The notes below the pieces were generated by a model that was given only the letters and a program-made list of their open reading frames with translations, made no database searches and had not been told where the DNA came from. 64,000 nucleotides of DNA from contig JAUCBJ010000331.1 in NCBI GenBank assembly GCA_032718475.1, forward strand, positions 1-64,000. Reading direction: 5' to 3'. Position numbers and translations under genes: made by a program. Shown here one piece after another: positions 51,498 through 63,001 of the stretch. The stretch comes from Nemertoderma westbladi (lineage: Eukaryota; Animalia; Xenacoelomorpha). The number at the start of each line of letters is the position of its first letter. The stretch's first letter is position 1.

Positions 51498-54116
51498 ATG
51501 GATATAATCGTAAATATGGACCCAAATCGCCAAATTATCGGCGAATTACGTAACACGGTAGATCTACTGGAATATTCGCAACCCGGATCCCCTGACTTTG
51601 ATACAAATTGGAGCACCCTTCTAAATGAGAACGTGCGAGTCATTAAATTCACCGGGCGAGAGGGACCGGATTCTAAGAATCTACGAGCCCTCCGGTTAGC
51701 CGATGCTAGTACGAGACTGAAAAGAACTCGGAACGCAAAGGCAACCGGAGGGGACGATCCGTCGTTTTGGGAAACGTTCCGGCAGAGCGTCTACAGATCC
51801 CGATGTTTGATCTACGACAACGAGGGAAACGCGACGCCCACCTCGAAAGCGATTACGTTGGCGAGATGTCAAAGTTTCGTCGACGACAAGAGTACGTACC
51901 TCGCCCACTGGGGAAACCTTTCGGAGTGTACGGCGACGCTTCGAGAGGAACGCATATCGATTATCCAAAACCGAGACGACTACCAGGAAAAGTACGGGGC
52001 GAAAGAATACGGTCGATCCTTAGTCGTCGTCCTCGGAACCCTGGACGGTTTGGTACTGGTGTGCCGATTATTCCCGACACCCAGACAGGAAGTGCAGGCA
52101 GCCGGAGCGATCTGGTTGCTGCCTCCGGAAATCCAAAAGATCCTCTTCGACTTCGACGTCATTAAAATCGGGTCGGATATCAAGGCAGACGTCCGGAACG
52201 ACTACGCGAACGCTCCTGCAGGAAGAAACCGACGAGACGACCTCAACGCCCTTAGCCATTGCATCGACACTCAAACGCTACTAGCCTGGTTACGATTCGC
52301 CGAGTTCATGCGAGGATTCCAAGAGGTGAGACCGACGAAATCCGGGATCGGCTACCTCGCTGTGCTAAACGGCGGCATCGACTTCAAACCCCAGAAATTC
52401 CGGGACTATAATAAAATATACGGTGGATACCCGGGATTGGAAATAAAGAGCGAGCGAGAGGGTCGATGGAAGGACGTTGATCGGAAGTGGACGATACACC
52501 AAAGATGGGAGAATCCCGATCGACGGAACTACGTTTACGTCATTATGGAATGCTACACCGTCGCTAAGTTTATCTGTAAAACTCTCGATAATCTTATTAC
52601 GGCGGTCCCCCTTTCCTTCGTCGACTACGACTGGAACGAGGTTATAAACCACGCGTTTAAAGCGGTCGAGAACATTACACCGGGAGAATCGAAAACGCCC
52701 GCCGTTATCGATTCCTGGGACGAGAGCGGACCTTACGACATCCCTACGATTACCGAACTTCTCGGTGCGGAGGAGCCTCTGATCTCCTCGGAAGGGGAAG
52801 AGATATGGCTAAACGAGGGTGTTCTACTCTCCACCCCGAAGCGACAACTCGAGCCGGAGGCCGCGTATGGACCGGCCGCCAAACGGGTTGCCTCGGCCGA
52901 ACCGATGAAGAGAGCAGGCGTTTACACCCCACGCGGCTCCGGTAGCCCCGCGAGGGAGGTAGCCACTACAGCTGCATTGAGCGACTTCGGCGACATATGC
53001 CAACGGTTATCCCCGTATCCTTTCCCGGGTGGCGAAGATTGGTCGTCGGAGATTCCGAGTACCAGCCACCAACGGACCCGCTCAGCGATACTGGTCGAGG
53101 AGGGCCCCAGCGATGCGCCGACCCCCGACGATCTCCTCGGTATCCCTCCGTCTAAAACCCCGGCACCTCTTCGCCTACCAGCGGTGCCTACTACACCCGC
53201 CGTTCCTCAGGACCCTATGCGACTAACCCGTTGGTACGCCGAGCAAACTGAATGGATCCACCGCCAGAAACGGTCATCCGAGTTAAGACCAGCGGGACAC
53301 AAAGAAGGTTATCGGAGCGAGAACCTACTACGCAAAAGCCTAGCATTCCGCGGGCTACCGACCACCGAGAATATTCCGAAGAGCGACCGACGACTCGAAT
53401 ACTACGTCGGCGTCCCGATTCCGATATTTCCTGGTCGAGAGATGCAGTTGGAGGTATGCGGCGACTGTGGTTCGGAGCAGTGCCCACGCGGCAGAAGGAA
53501 TCGGGTTACCGATTCATGCCTCCAGCTCCTCGGGATACTCTATTGCCCTTACTGCGCGACATCGGGCCACGACGTTTCCGTCTGCCCGATCCTTTATAAC
53601 CTCTGCACCACGTGCGGTTTCCGTGGACATTCCTCTAGCCCCCGCTGCTATATCAAATGTCCAACCAAAGACGTTACCGCTATGGGAAATATGGTCATGT
53701 TTGAAACGTACGCAAACAGCCACTTAAAGACCAAGGTTCGGAGAAACGCTCGGAATATCGCGCAGGAGATGGCGTGCGGATATTTCTCCTTCCCGGAACG
53801 CCTCCACACGTCGGCCACGCTACCCTTCCATTACGTGGATCTGCTACTGAGCGCCGGATTATTCGGTCCATTCGAAGTCATTAGACGATTATATTCGTAT
53901 AAAGAGGAGTTCGGTGACGGAGAGTGGTTCCTAGAGGCACGCAAATCTGAGTTGGAAAGACGAACCGACATGATCCCTATGCCATCGAAAGGAAGAGCCG
54001 CCAGGAGACAAGCCGAAGCGTTACTCACGATGGATGTGGACGCTCCCCTACCAGCCATAGCGATCGATGAGAGTCGACGGGCGAAGAGACAAAAGGCGTA
54101 TCAGAGAAAGAAATAG
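51498..54116 (+). CDS. Extra ORF3 of BEL element 1: DEDDy/WRN-EXD-like 3'-5' exonuclease domain, Pro-rich linker and Cys/His zinc knuckles (872 aa)
   Basis: ExoI-like IYDNEG; ExoII-like LPPEIQKILFD..VIKIGSDIKAD; CIDTQ; GIGYLA; ExoIII-like W...YVIME. C-terminal CGDC, CPYC...GH....C and CTTC..RGH.....C. The ORF itself is clear; the domain call is by eye. Confidence 0.7.
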   Translation: MDIIVNMDPNRQIIGELRNTVDLLEYSQPGSPDFDTNWSTLLNENVRVIKFTGREGPDSKNLRALRLADASTRLKRTRNAKATGGDDPSFWETFRQSVYRSRCLIYDNEGNATPTSKAITLARCQSFVDDKSTYLAHWGNLSECTATLREERISIIQNRDDYQEKYGAKEYGRSLVVVLGTLDGLVLVCRLFPTPRQEVQAAGAIWLLPPEIQKILFDFDVIKIGSDIKADVRNDYANAPAGRNRRDDLNALSHCIDTQTLLAWLRFAEFMRGFQEVRPTKSGIGYLAVLNGGIDFKPQKFRDYNKIYGGYPGLEIKSEREGRWKDVDRKWTIHQRWENPDRRNYVYVIMECYTVAKFICKTLDNLITAVPLSFVDYDWNEVINHAFKAVENITPGESKTPAVIDSWDESGPYDIPTITELLGAEEPLISSEGEEIWLNEGVLLSTPKRQLEPEAAYGPAAKRVASAEPMKRAGVYTPRGSGSPAREVATTAALSDFGDICQRLSPYPFPGGEDWSSEIPSTSHQRTRSAILVEEGPSDAPTPDDLLGIPPSKTPAPLRLPAVPTTPAVPQDPMRLTRWYAEQTEWIHRQKRSSELRPAGHKEGYRSENLLRKSLAFRGLPTTENIPKSDRRLEYYVGVPIPIFPGREMQLEVCGDCGSEQCPRGRRNRVTDSCLQLLGILYCPYCATSGHDVSVCPILYNLCTTCGFRGHSSSPRCYIKCPTKDVTAMGNMVMFETYANSHLKTKVRRNARNIAQEMACGYFSFPERLHTSATLPFHYVDLLLSAGLFGPFEVIRRLYSYKEEFGDGEWFLEARKSELERRTDMIPMPSKGRAARRQAEALLTMDVDAPLPAIAIDESRRAKRQKAYQRKK

Positions 54117-54281
54117 TGGATCGGGATATTCCAGGAACATTTATCGAACATTTATTTTTATACAAACTCTAGGCCAAATTAATTAAAAACTATGCAATAT
54201 TAAATTTGGGTTTTTTATATTGGGAATGACCTACGCAAACTCAATCGACCGACAGACTTCACGAAGGTCATTGGGGGGGAC

Positions 54282-55100
54282 TGTTCGCGGTATTTCAACT
54301 TTCCATAACGCGAGTTGAATATTTTTGTATTTATTTAAAATTGATTATTCTGATATTACTACTGGGTGCGGGACCATGGGTTTTGGGCACATTTAATAAA
54401 CTGGGGGCGATTTATGGGCGAACTTTGGGGCAACTTACAGGGTACGGGAATAATTTCATAGTTATAAGGGCCAGGGGGGGATGGAAAATGCAAGCAGTAT
54501 TCAGGTTAGCCTGAGTACTATTAGGCCCTGGCCAACTTCCTGCTGCCTGTAGGGGTGGATTTGGTAATGCGCCAGGCCTAAAGGACAAGGACTGCCCTTA
54601 GCGGTCCCTGGCCAACAGCAGCCATTACGAGCCTGAAAAGAACTCGGACCGCTGACTGCTTGTGTCAGGGATTTGCGACGGGAAACGACGGCCCCTTAGT
54701 AGCCAAGCCGTTCTGGTTCTCGATGATCGAACCCTTCGGGGTTCGTGAGGGGTGGAGCGGACACGCGAACAGGTGGCCAACTAACGACTGCCCCCTGAGC
54801 TAAGCCGTACTGGTTCTCGATGACCGATCCCTTCGGGGTTCGCGAGGGGTGGGACAGACATGCGAAAGGGCTGGCCACAGGACGGGTTTGACGAGAACTG
54901 CCCTTAGCGGTCTCTGGTCAACGGCAGCTACTACGAGACTGAAAAGAACTCGGAACGCTGACTGCTTGTACTGGGATTTGCGACGGGAACCGACGACAGA
55001 CCCCTTAGCCAAGCCGTACTGGTTCTCGATGATCGTTCCCTTCGGGGTTCGTGAGGGGTGGAACGGACACGCGATGGGGTCGAAACCCACAGTGCGGGAA
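54282..55100 (+). repeat. Probable 3' LTR of BEL element 1 with internal ~305-bp and ~100-bp duplications
   Basis: Starts TGTT directly after a PPT-like G tract. 54590-54770 resembles 54897-55075. The end cannot be set without a 5' LTR. Confidence 0.5.
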
Positions 55101-55800
55101 AGACAAGCTGGCTACCATTGAAATGAATAGGGGAAGGATAATATGGTGTGTTCGTGTTCCCATCCTAATAATGTCTGTCGTCTTGGCTCAGCTAAGCTTA
55201 AACAGAGCCACAGCCTACAATAGAGCTTTACCTAAATACACTTCCAGTGAGCCAAGCAGTAGTGGCGGCGGGTTAGCTCCAAAATGCCCATGTAGGATTT
55301 CTTCGAAAAAGGACCAATTGGTTGAGTTACGAGTTACAGTGAAAAAGTATTCATGATTAGATTTTGCTTTGAACAGGAGAAACAGATGGAATATATATAG
55401 GTCATCTAATTATTTGTTTAAAGATTAGCAAACAATACAGTGTAATTGAATTGATGAAATCCATAAATAAAACTTGGATACAAAATCTAAAATCGGGATG
55501 AAAAATATAAATTTCTGAGCTAAGAAAGGGAAATTGGATACTGTTGGAGAGGGAATGTGAGAATTGGATACTGTGGGGGTTGGGGAGGGAATGTCCGGAA
55601 ATCGAAGCCTTTTTCTATCTGCCAACATCCTGGGCTTTACTTACACTCAGCCTCCATTCACTGGCTGTGATTGACAAGCTAACGTGCCTCAGAAGTTCCT
55701 TTCATGAATGCCGCAATTTATATTTGGCCATTTTGGTCGTTTTGGCCGCCAAAATGACCAAATTAATGTTTATTGGGATTGGGACTGTATGGGCCCTAAC

Positions 55801-58800
55801 ATGGTAACATCAACCCCAATACCAAATAGGGTGACATTCCCCCATTACAATATCAGCAATATACCCAACCAAGACCAAGAACAAAAACCCCAAACCCCTT
55901 GGACCAAAATAAATCGTGTGATACCGAGATATGGAGGGGACTGTTACCCCCAATGATATATCCAACGCAGAAGAGGTTGACAGGCCCGACGGGCGAACCA
56001 CACCCAGCAGCAGGGGAATCTGGACAGCACCCATCGAGCCCACTAGAAGTACAGGCAATGGGAATGGCAACACTCATCGATGCGCTTAAGACCAGGATCG
56101 AGCTGCCACCAGTGGAACCGTTCAAATTCGATGGAAGCAGACCGGAAGAATACCTGCAATTCCAACGCATGTACAGTAATGAAATATTAACAAAGAACTT
56201 GACACAGGCAGAGTGCCTAAAATATTTACAAGTTTACACAGGGGGCCCAGCATACGACATCGTAAGGCAGTATCAAGGTATCGAAGGTGGATTCACAACT
56301 GCATGGCGGTCCCTAGACAGGGAATACGGGCATCCTGCTAAGATCATCCGACAAACCTTAACGGGAATTACATCAGGCGGACTACAGGACAACTCTGTCA
56401 GCATTAAGACTTTCGCGAATAAAGTCGAAAAGGCGCTGATTGTGCTGAAGACCTTAGATGCGCCTTACGAACTCAATGCATCGAACAACATCACCACAAT
56501 AGCGCAGGCACTGCTGATCTGGCTAAGAAACAAGTGGAGGAAGATTGCCTTCTCCACCCGGGAGAAGAAAGGTGCGGAACCAGGCCTAGAGGAAATGTCG
56601 AACTTCCTCAATTACGAGGCGGAATTGATAACGGACCCAGTCTACAGCGAGGATAGTCTGGGGAGGGCGCCGAGGACCGAATACAACAGGCCAAAACCAG
56701 AACATAGTGCGGCAAATGCGTTACCAAAGTTAAGACAATCGCTACCATACGCGGCGATGCAGGGGACTGCTAGTCCACAGATAGCCGGGGGTAGGGCCAC
56801 ACTGTGGCATGAACAGGGACAAAATAATAACACAAAAAAATACAACCCCAACATGCCCAGTAGGCCAAACCCAAATAATAAGAACGCTAGACAGCTAAGC
56901 ATGAATATACGTGCAATACGCAATGCACTGTATAGAGAAGGCTATAATCCGAGAAACAAATGCCAATTACACTCGAACGCACTCCATCAGACTATGAAAT
57001 GCAAGTATTTACAGGCGTTTCCCAAACAAGATCAGGTAGAATACGCGAACAGAAGTGGAATCTGTCATCGATGTGTGGTAGGCGGACACAAGGTTGAACA
57101 GTGTAAGGAGACGCCAATAAAATTCGGTCAAGGCAAAGGCCAAACAATGGCGACAAGCACCATAGGAGCGAAGAAAAGGGGAACGGAACTACTTGGGGTG
57201 GTACCGGTGAGGGTGATGGGAGAAAGCAGTCGATCAGTCACGACATTGATGCTTGTCGACAGCGGAGCAGCCTTCACGCTGGTGGAGAATTAGGTGGCCG
57301 AGGAGATGAGGTTACAGACCAGGCCGAGTAGGATGGCGGTAACTACTATCTCGAGCAAGGATGAGGTCCTGGAGATGAGAACGGGACGGTGCGAGATATC
57401 AGCAATAGCACCAGGATGTGATTATGGGGTGACCATCGACCCCATTCAGATAATAGAATCGATTAATATAAACGCCAAGCGACCCACAAGGATCGAGGTC
57501 GAGCAATATCGGGTCCTGGACGATATCGATTTCTCAATACCGGAAGTGGACGTTTCGGAGGTATCCATTATAGTCGGAATGGATTGTCCGACAGCCCACG
57601 AGAGGATATGGACCATATTCGGAGAGAATAAGCAGCACGATCCGATGGTGATTCTCACGCCATTCGGATGGACGCTTAGCGGCCCAATTGAGACCAAGAT
57701 TCCATTCAGGGTGTCGGAGACATCAGGGTGCATGTTCGCAGGTACAATGAGGGAGATGGAGGACGAAGGAGCAGAAGAGCAACTTAAGAGGCTGCTGCGG
57801 CAGGACTTCGAAGGATTAAAGGAGGCCGGGGTCGGAACCTCGGTAGAAGATAAACAAGCGATAGAGAGCGTAAAGGAGTCGATGAAGTGCAAAGGGGGAC
57901 GGTACACCATAGGGATGGTGTGGAGACAACCAAAGCTGCCGTTGCCAGATAACAAAGGGATGGTACTCACGAGGCTTCGCAAACTGAAGGAGACACTCAG
58001 ACGGAGCCCCGAGAAGGACGAGTACATCCACAGGACAATCAAGAAATACGTTGAGAAGGGATGGGCCATGGAGTTACCGGTCGACGAGCCAAACACGGAC
58101 AGGACCTACTATCTGCCACTGCACATGGCTTTAGATCCAAAGAAGGGTAAACTGCGGATGGTGGTCGACGCGTCAGCCAAAATGAATGGCAAGAGCCTAA
58201 ACGACTATCTGCTGGAGGGCCCCAATATCTATAACTCCGGGATAGAGGTCTTGTTGAGATTCAGAACTGGGAGGCACGCCTTCACGTGCGACATTGAAGG
58301 CATGTTCAACCAAGTCCATGTGACGGAAGAAGACAGCGATAGTCAGCGCTTCTTATGGTATAACGGCGACGAAATGTTGGTGCAAAACATGGGGGCCAAG
58401 TCGTCCTCATTTACAACGACTACGGCTGTGAGAGATACGGTAGAGGGTAAGGAAGGAGAGCATAGTACGAAGGTGATCGATATGATTCCACACGATTTCT
58501 ATGTAGACGATGGGATGGGATCTGGAAACATGGTTGAAGAAATACTGGAGATAGGGCGCGAGGTTTGAGACATCCTAAAAGGATCCTTGTTCAACCTCAC
58601 TAAGTTCCAGTCCAGCTCCGAGGAATTCATGAAAGCCATAGAAGACAAGCAACCAGAGTCGACCATGGACAACCCCACAACAGCAAAGGGACAGGATCTG
58701 GCGAACAAGAGAGTTGAGTCTCAGCAAAAGGCACTAGGGATCGTGTGGTCCCGGGAAATGGACGAGTTGGAGTATCAACTGAGCCAAGAGGGTGCAGAGA

Positions 58801-60655
58801 TCCACACTAAGCGGGGCTATGTATCGTACATAGCAAGGATATATGATCCCCTAGGCCTAGCATCCCCACTGTTAGTCACGGGGAAGCAACTATTAAAGAA
58901 AGTATACAAGTTAAAGGATGAATGGGATACAGAAGTCCCGGAAGAAATAAGTAGACAGTGGAGCAAGTGGACGTGGAGTCTAGAGGAGATGGGGACGTAC
59001 AGCATGCCACGCGTGTATTTCCCGGACGGAGACATGACGGACCTGGATCTACACATGTTTTCCGATGCATCTTTGGAAGCATATGGAGCGGCACTTTATT
59101 TGGTACAGCGAAAGGGGGCTCATAAGCCCAGACTTGCATTTAGTAAAGCAAAGTTGACGCCACCAGATTCAGCATCAGTGCCGAAACTCGAGCTGACAGC
59201 TGCGAGGTTAGGAGCAAGGGCCACAGCTTACTTGAGGGACACTATACCTAACATAGTGGAGACACACTACTGGACGGACTCCATGGTTGTGTTAGGGTGG
59301 CTACATAACGAGAAGACGAGATACCCTATATTCGTCGCGAATAGGATAAACGAGATAAGGGCGACGACTGACCTAGAAAGGTGGCATTATTGCCCTACCG
59401 ACGAGATTCCAGCAGATCTGTTATCGAGGCGCGTTGCACGCTGCACCTTTTCGAAGAAGGAAGAGTTGTGGCAACACGGGCCACACTTCCTTAATGATAG
59501 ATCAGCATGGCCACCAATGAGGAAGGTGGACCCTGGCTCAGAGGAAGTAGTAGCAGAAGAGGAGGGGAAAGATCCAGAAGGGGAAGAGATATATAGCCAG
59601 TTGGAGAGGGAGATCAAGGAAGTGCCACCGAGATCAGAAGATCCATGTGATAATCCAACAGATAGGTTTCTCAGTTACAGCTCCAGCTGGTAGCATATTG
59701 GAGGGCCTACGGGGATTTCCTTAGGGGAGTTGGCAAGGATGCCAAAAGGAAACCAACCATCGATCTGGAAGGAGCGGCTATAGCCATAATGCGATACGAG
59801 CAAAGAAAGGAGTACGCTGACGAAGTGGACAGAGTTAGCAAGCAACAACACCTTCGTCGAGACAGCGAACTCAAAACGCTGTCCCCGCAGTTGAACGAGG
59901 ACGGGATTCTGGTGATGAATTCCAGAGTGGTGAACAATAACAGCTTAGTTATCCCACCAAAACCCATAATAATCCCCAATAAATCACCAATAGTCCACCA
60001 GATCATATGGGACTCGCATAAATCGATACTACACGGAGGCACGAATCAGATACGAAGATACGAAGGACCTTCTGGATCACCCAACTTAGGAAGAAGGTGA
60101 AGGCGGTAGTGGGGCAGTGCCAGACCTGCCGACGGACGAGAAAGGAGAGGGCCGTACAGGAGATGGCGCCATTACCGGCCAACAGAGTGAGACAACACGA
60201 CCCGCCATTCACGCACTGCGGCGTGGACATGTTCGTGCCGATTAAGATAAAGGTGATGCGGCATACGGAGAAACGCTACGGCATTATCTTTGTCTGCAAC
60301 AACACAAGAGCGGTGGGAATAGAACTTGCGCAGGGCTACGGCATCGGCATTTATTAATGCCTTAGAAAGATTTGTAAGCCACAAAGGGGGAACACTCAAG
60401 GTGATATATTCAGATAATGGGACCAACTTCGTGTGAGCGGAGAATGAGTTGAAGAAGGGTGACTTGGTAATCGTCACTGACGACACAATTTTCAATAACC
60501 AATGGAGACTAGCGAGAGTGGTAGATACTTACCCCGACGAGGGCGGAAGAGTCCGGTTGTTGGAAGTGAGGATAGGAGGCAAGATAGGGGCCAAAGATAG
60601 GAAGACATACAGGAGGGCTGTGGGAAAGTGCTGCCTATTGGAAGGGGCACCTTAG
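55801..60655 (+). pseudogene. BEL/Pao LTR retrotransposon 2: decayed gag-pol
   Basis: Gag LPPVEPFKFDG and knuckles; PR LVDSGA; RT FYVDD; RH FSDAS and VPKLEL; IN GVDMF and SDNGTNF. In-frame stops at 57291, 58566 and 59691, several frameshifts, and a large integrase deletion near 60450. Confidence 0.9.
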
Positions 60656-60811
60656 AGTTTAGATGTCCAATATGTTGGACTGAGGGGGGTGGAATGAGGG
60701 CAAGACGCCCTTCCCACACACCAAAAAACACAAAAAAATAATAAAATAAGAAGTGAGATAGTAGAAAGTTAGAAAGTAATAGTAGTAGATAATAAGATAG
60801 TAAGTAGCACT

Positions 60812-61378
60812 AGTTAGAAGTTAGGGAGTGTGGTATATAGACATACCACGAGAGTAGTAGCAGGGTACATAGTACCGGAGTAGTAGGGTACATAGTACCG
60901 TAAGAAGCTAGAAGTTAAAAGTTAGGGAGTGTGGTATATTATTGACATACCACGAGAGTAGTAGCGGGGTACATAGTACCGGAGTAGTAGGGTACATAGT
61001 ACCATTAGTAGTAGTTAGAAGTTAGGGAGTGTGGTATATGGACATACCACGAGAGTAGTAGCAGGGTACATAGTACCGGAGTAGCAGGGTACATAGTACC
61101 GTTAGTAGTAGTTAGAAGTTAGAGAGTGTGGTATATAGACATACCACGAGAGTAGTAACAGGGTACATAGTACCGGGGTAGCAGGGTACATAGTACCGTA
61201 AGAGGCAGAGGTTAGAAGTTAGGGAGTGTGGTATATAGACATACCACGAGAGTAATAGTAGGGTACATAGTACCGTAAGAGTTAGAAATTAGAGTTAGTA
61301 GAAGTTAGTAGTAAGAGAGTAGAGAGTATGGTATATAGGTATACCATAAGATTAGTAGTAGGGTACATAGTACCGTAG
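60812..61378 (+). repeat. ~100-bp tandem modules of small hairpins downstream of BEL2 pol
   Basis: About five to six copies of GTGGTAT-loop-ATACCAC, each followed by one or two copies of GGTAC-ATA-GTACC. Confidence 0.85.
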
Positions 61379-61912
61379 AGGCTGTGGGCATTGAGAGCGC
61401 CCTGAAAGGGAGAGGGGGGCATATGGGTACAGCAGGATAGACCGTGTAGGCCGCACGAGACAGACTACTGTACTGCACAGCCCATAGTGTAAGTCTAGGA
61501 TGTTTGTTACAGTGCCAGGAAGTTGCCTGGTATGAAACTAGCACAGTAGAGAATAGCTAGTTTTCCCTGTATACAAACTACAGGGGTTATCTAGGTAGAA
61601 ATAACCCACCATAACCAATAATAGCACACTAAGAGAGAATAAAATAGTATTAGGAGCAAAATTTAATAAATTACGGCAACAGTAGGCAAAGGATTCTAGA
61701 ATCATAATTAAAGTAACGGACAGATTTGTAAAATTTAGGAAAATTGGCACTTTGGGGGACGTATAGGTATACTTAAAATTATACCACAAAATTAGGGTTT
61801 TTAGGAGGTAGGCCATTACTGAACAAATACACACCATCTTATTAAACGTCACTCATCTAATTGAGCCTTGGTAAGGCACCACCAATAAGGTGAGCGCGCA
61901 AGAAAGTTCGTA

Positions 61913-63001
61913 ATGGTGGAGAGACTAGTTAAGAAGAGAAAGATGGAGAGGAGTGGAAAGGAGATACTAGTGGACTTCACGCAAAGGCATCCGGAGGAAA
62001 GGACGAGGGAATACTACAAGCCGCTACTGAAGGGTCACAAAGTGCGAGCGCTGCAGGACCACTTTAGGGAGATGCACTAGAGAGGACTGGTCGGGACCTA
62101 CAGGATGCCGTCGTTGGACAACGCGATCCTCGAGGATTTTCGCTACATAGTGAAGGGAGACGAAGTGAAGTTCGGGATACCGAAGTATCCGGGGGAACCA
62201 CCGAGAAATGAATGGAGGAGGTTTGTAGAGTCTGTGAGTAGGGGTGGATATGGATACATGGTCCTAGACGACGAAGGGACTGTGGAGGATGACGAGGGCT
62301 CAAGAAGAGGGTCGGTGGGATCAGCTAGAACCCTACTACTGCATTTGGCCTCGCCAAATGGAGACATCTTTCTATTCGATCTGGGAACCTATGGGAAGAA
62401 GAGCGGGCCGAAGTTAAACCGGTTGCCAAGGGCGGAGCAGGACCTAGTGAGGGAGAAGACTACAGTGAAGGTGGGATCGGCGATCCGCGACGACGCGGAG
62501 AGGATCGTTGGACCGGAAACTCCCAACCTCCTGGACATGCAAGCGGTCTATATGGCCATGATGGGGCCAGACGGGTTGGGATTGGTAGAGAACACAGTAC
62601 ATTGCGGAGCAGTGGCGATAGGTCAGCTCATGGGGCTCGTCTGCCACAAGCCGATGGACTGGGGTAAGTTCCGGGAGGAGTACGGAGCGGAACTGGTGAA
62701 CTCGCTGAAATGGGGAGTGAGGCCAGGGAAACAGGAGGTGTACCAGTTCCGAAGGGGAGCGATAAAGATATATCAGAAGAGATATATCCTACAGGAGGAT
62801 TGGATAATGATAGGTTTACTAAACCTATTCATGGCCGTGGTTATCGGAGGAGAGCCAACAGCGTTTCTGCTATCAGGAGCACCTCTAAACTACAGAAGAG
62901 CCTTTAACCCTGTAAAAGCTTCTGTGGGATATAACTGGCCCCTTTTGCTTCGCAATCCAGTTTCCCCCCAGGCGCTGGAATACTCTAAAAAGGTTCTCTA
63001 A
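61913..63001 (+). pseudogene. Exonuclease-like extra ORF associated with BEL element 2 (homolog of ORF3), with one in-frame stop and probable 3' truncation
   Basis: The ATG at 61913 is in frame with 62105, with a TAG near 62078. Motifs VLDDEG, LP...QDLV.EK..VKVGSAIRDD, LLDMQ, KP..W..F...YG and YILQE line up in order with ORF3. Confidence 0.65.

Larger units (their letters stand above)
43503..55100 (+). mobile_element. BEL/Pao LTR retrotransposon 1: gag, pol, extra ORF3, PPT and probable 3' LTR; no 5' LTR visible
   Basis: Domain order is gag (three Zn knuckles), PR, RT, RH, IN. A G-rich PPT-like TTGGGGGGGAC precedes TGTT at 54282. The right boundary is approximate. Confidence 0.85.

Noticed and set aside
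51498-54116. ORF3 as an envelope protein
   Set aside because: No evident signal peptide or transmembrane anchor. The motifs fit a nuclease with zinc knuckles better.
54708-55066. SECIS element or hammerhead ribozyme
   Set aside because: The upper helix is only 7 bp with a UUCG loop and no apical AA, and there is no CUGAUGA...GAAA core. Kept only as k-turn-like.
44150-60731. Many short antisense and alternative-frame ORFs over the BEL elements
   Set aside because: They are shadows of long GC-richer coding regions and have no recognisable motifs.
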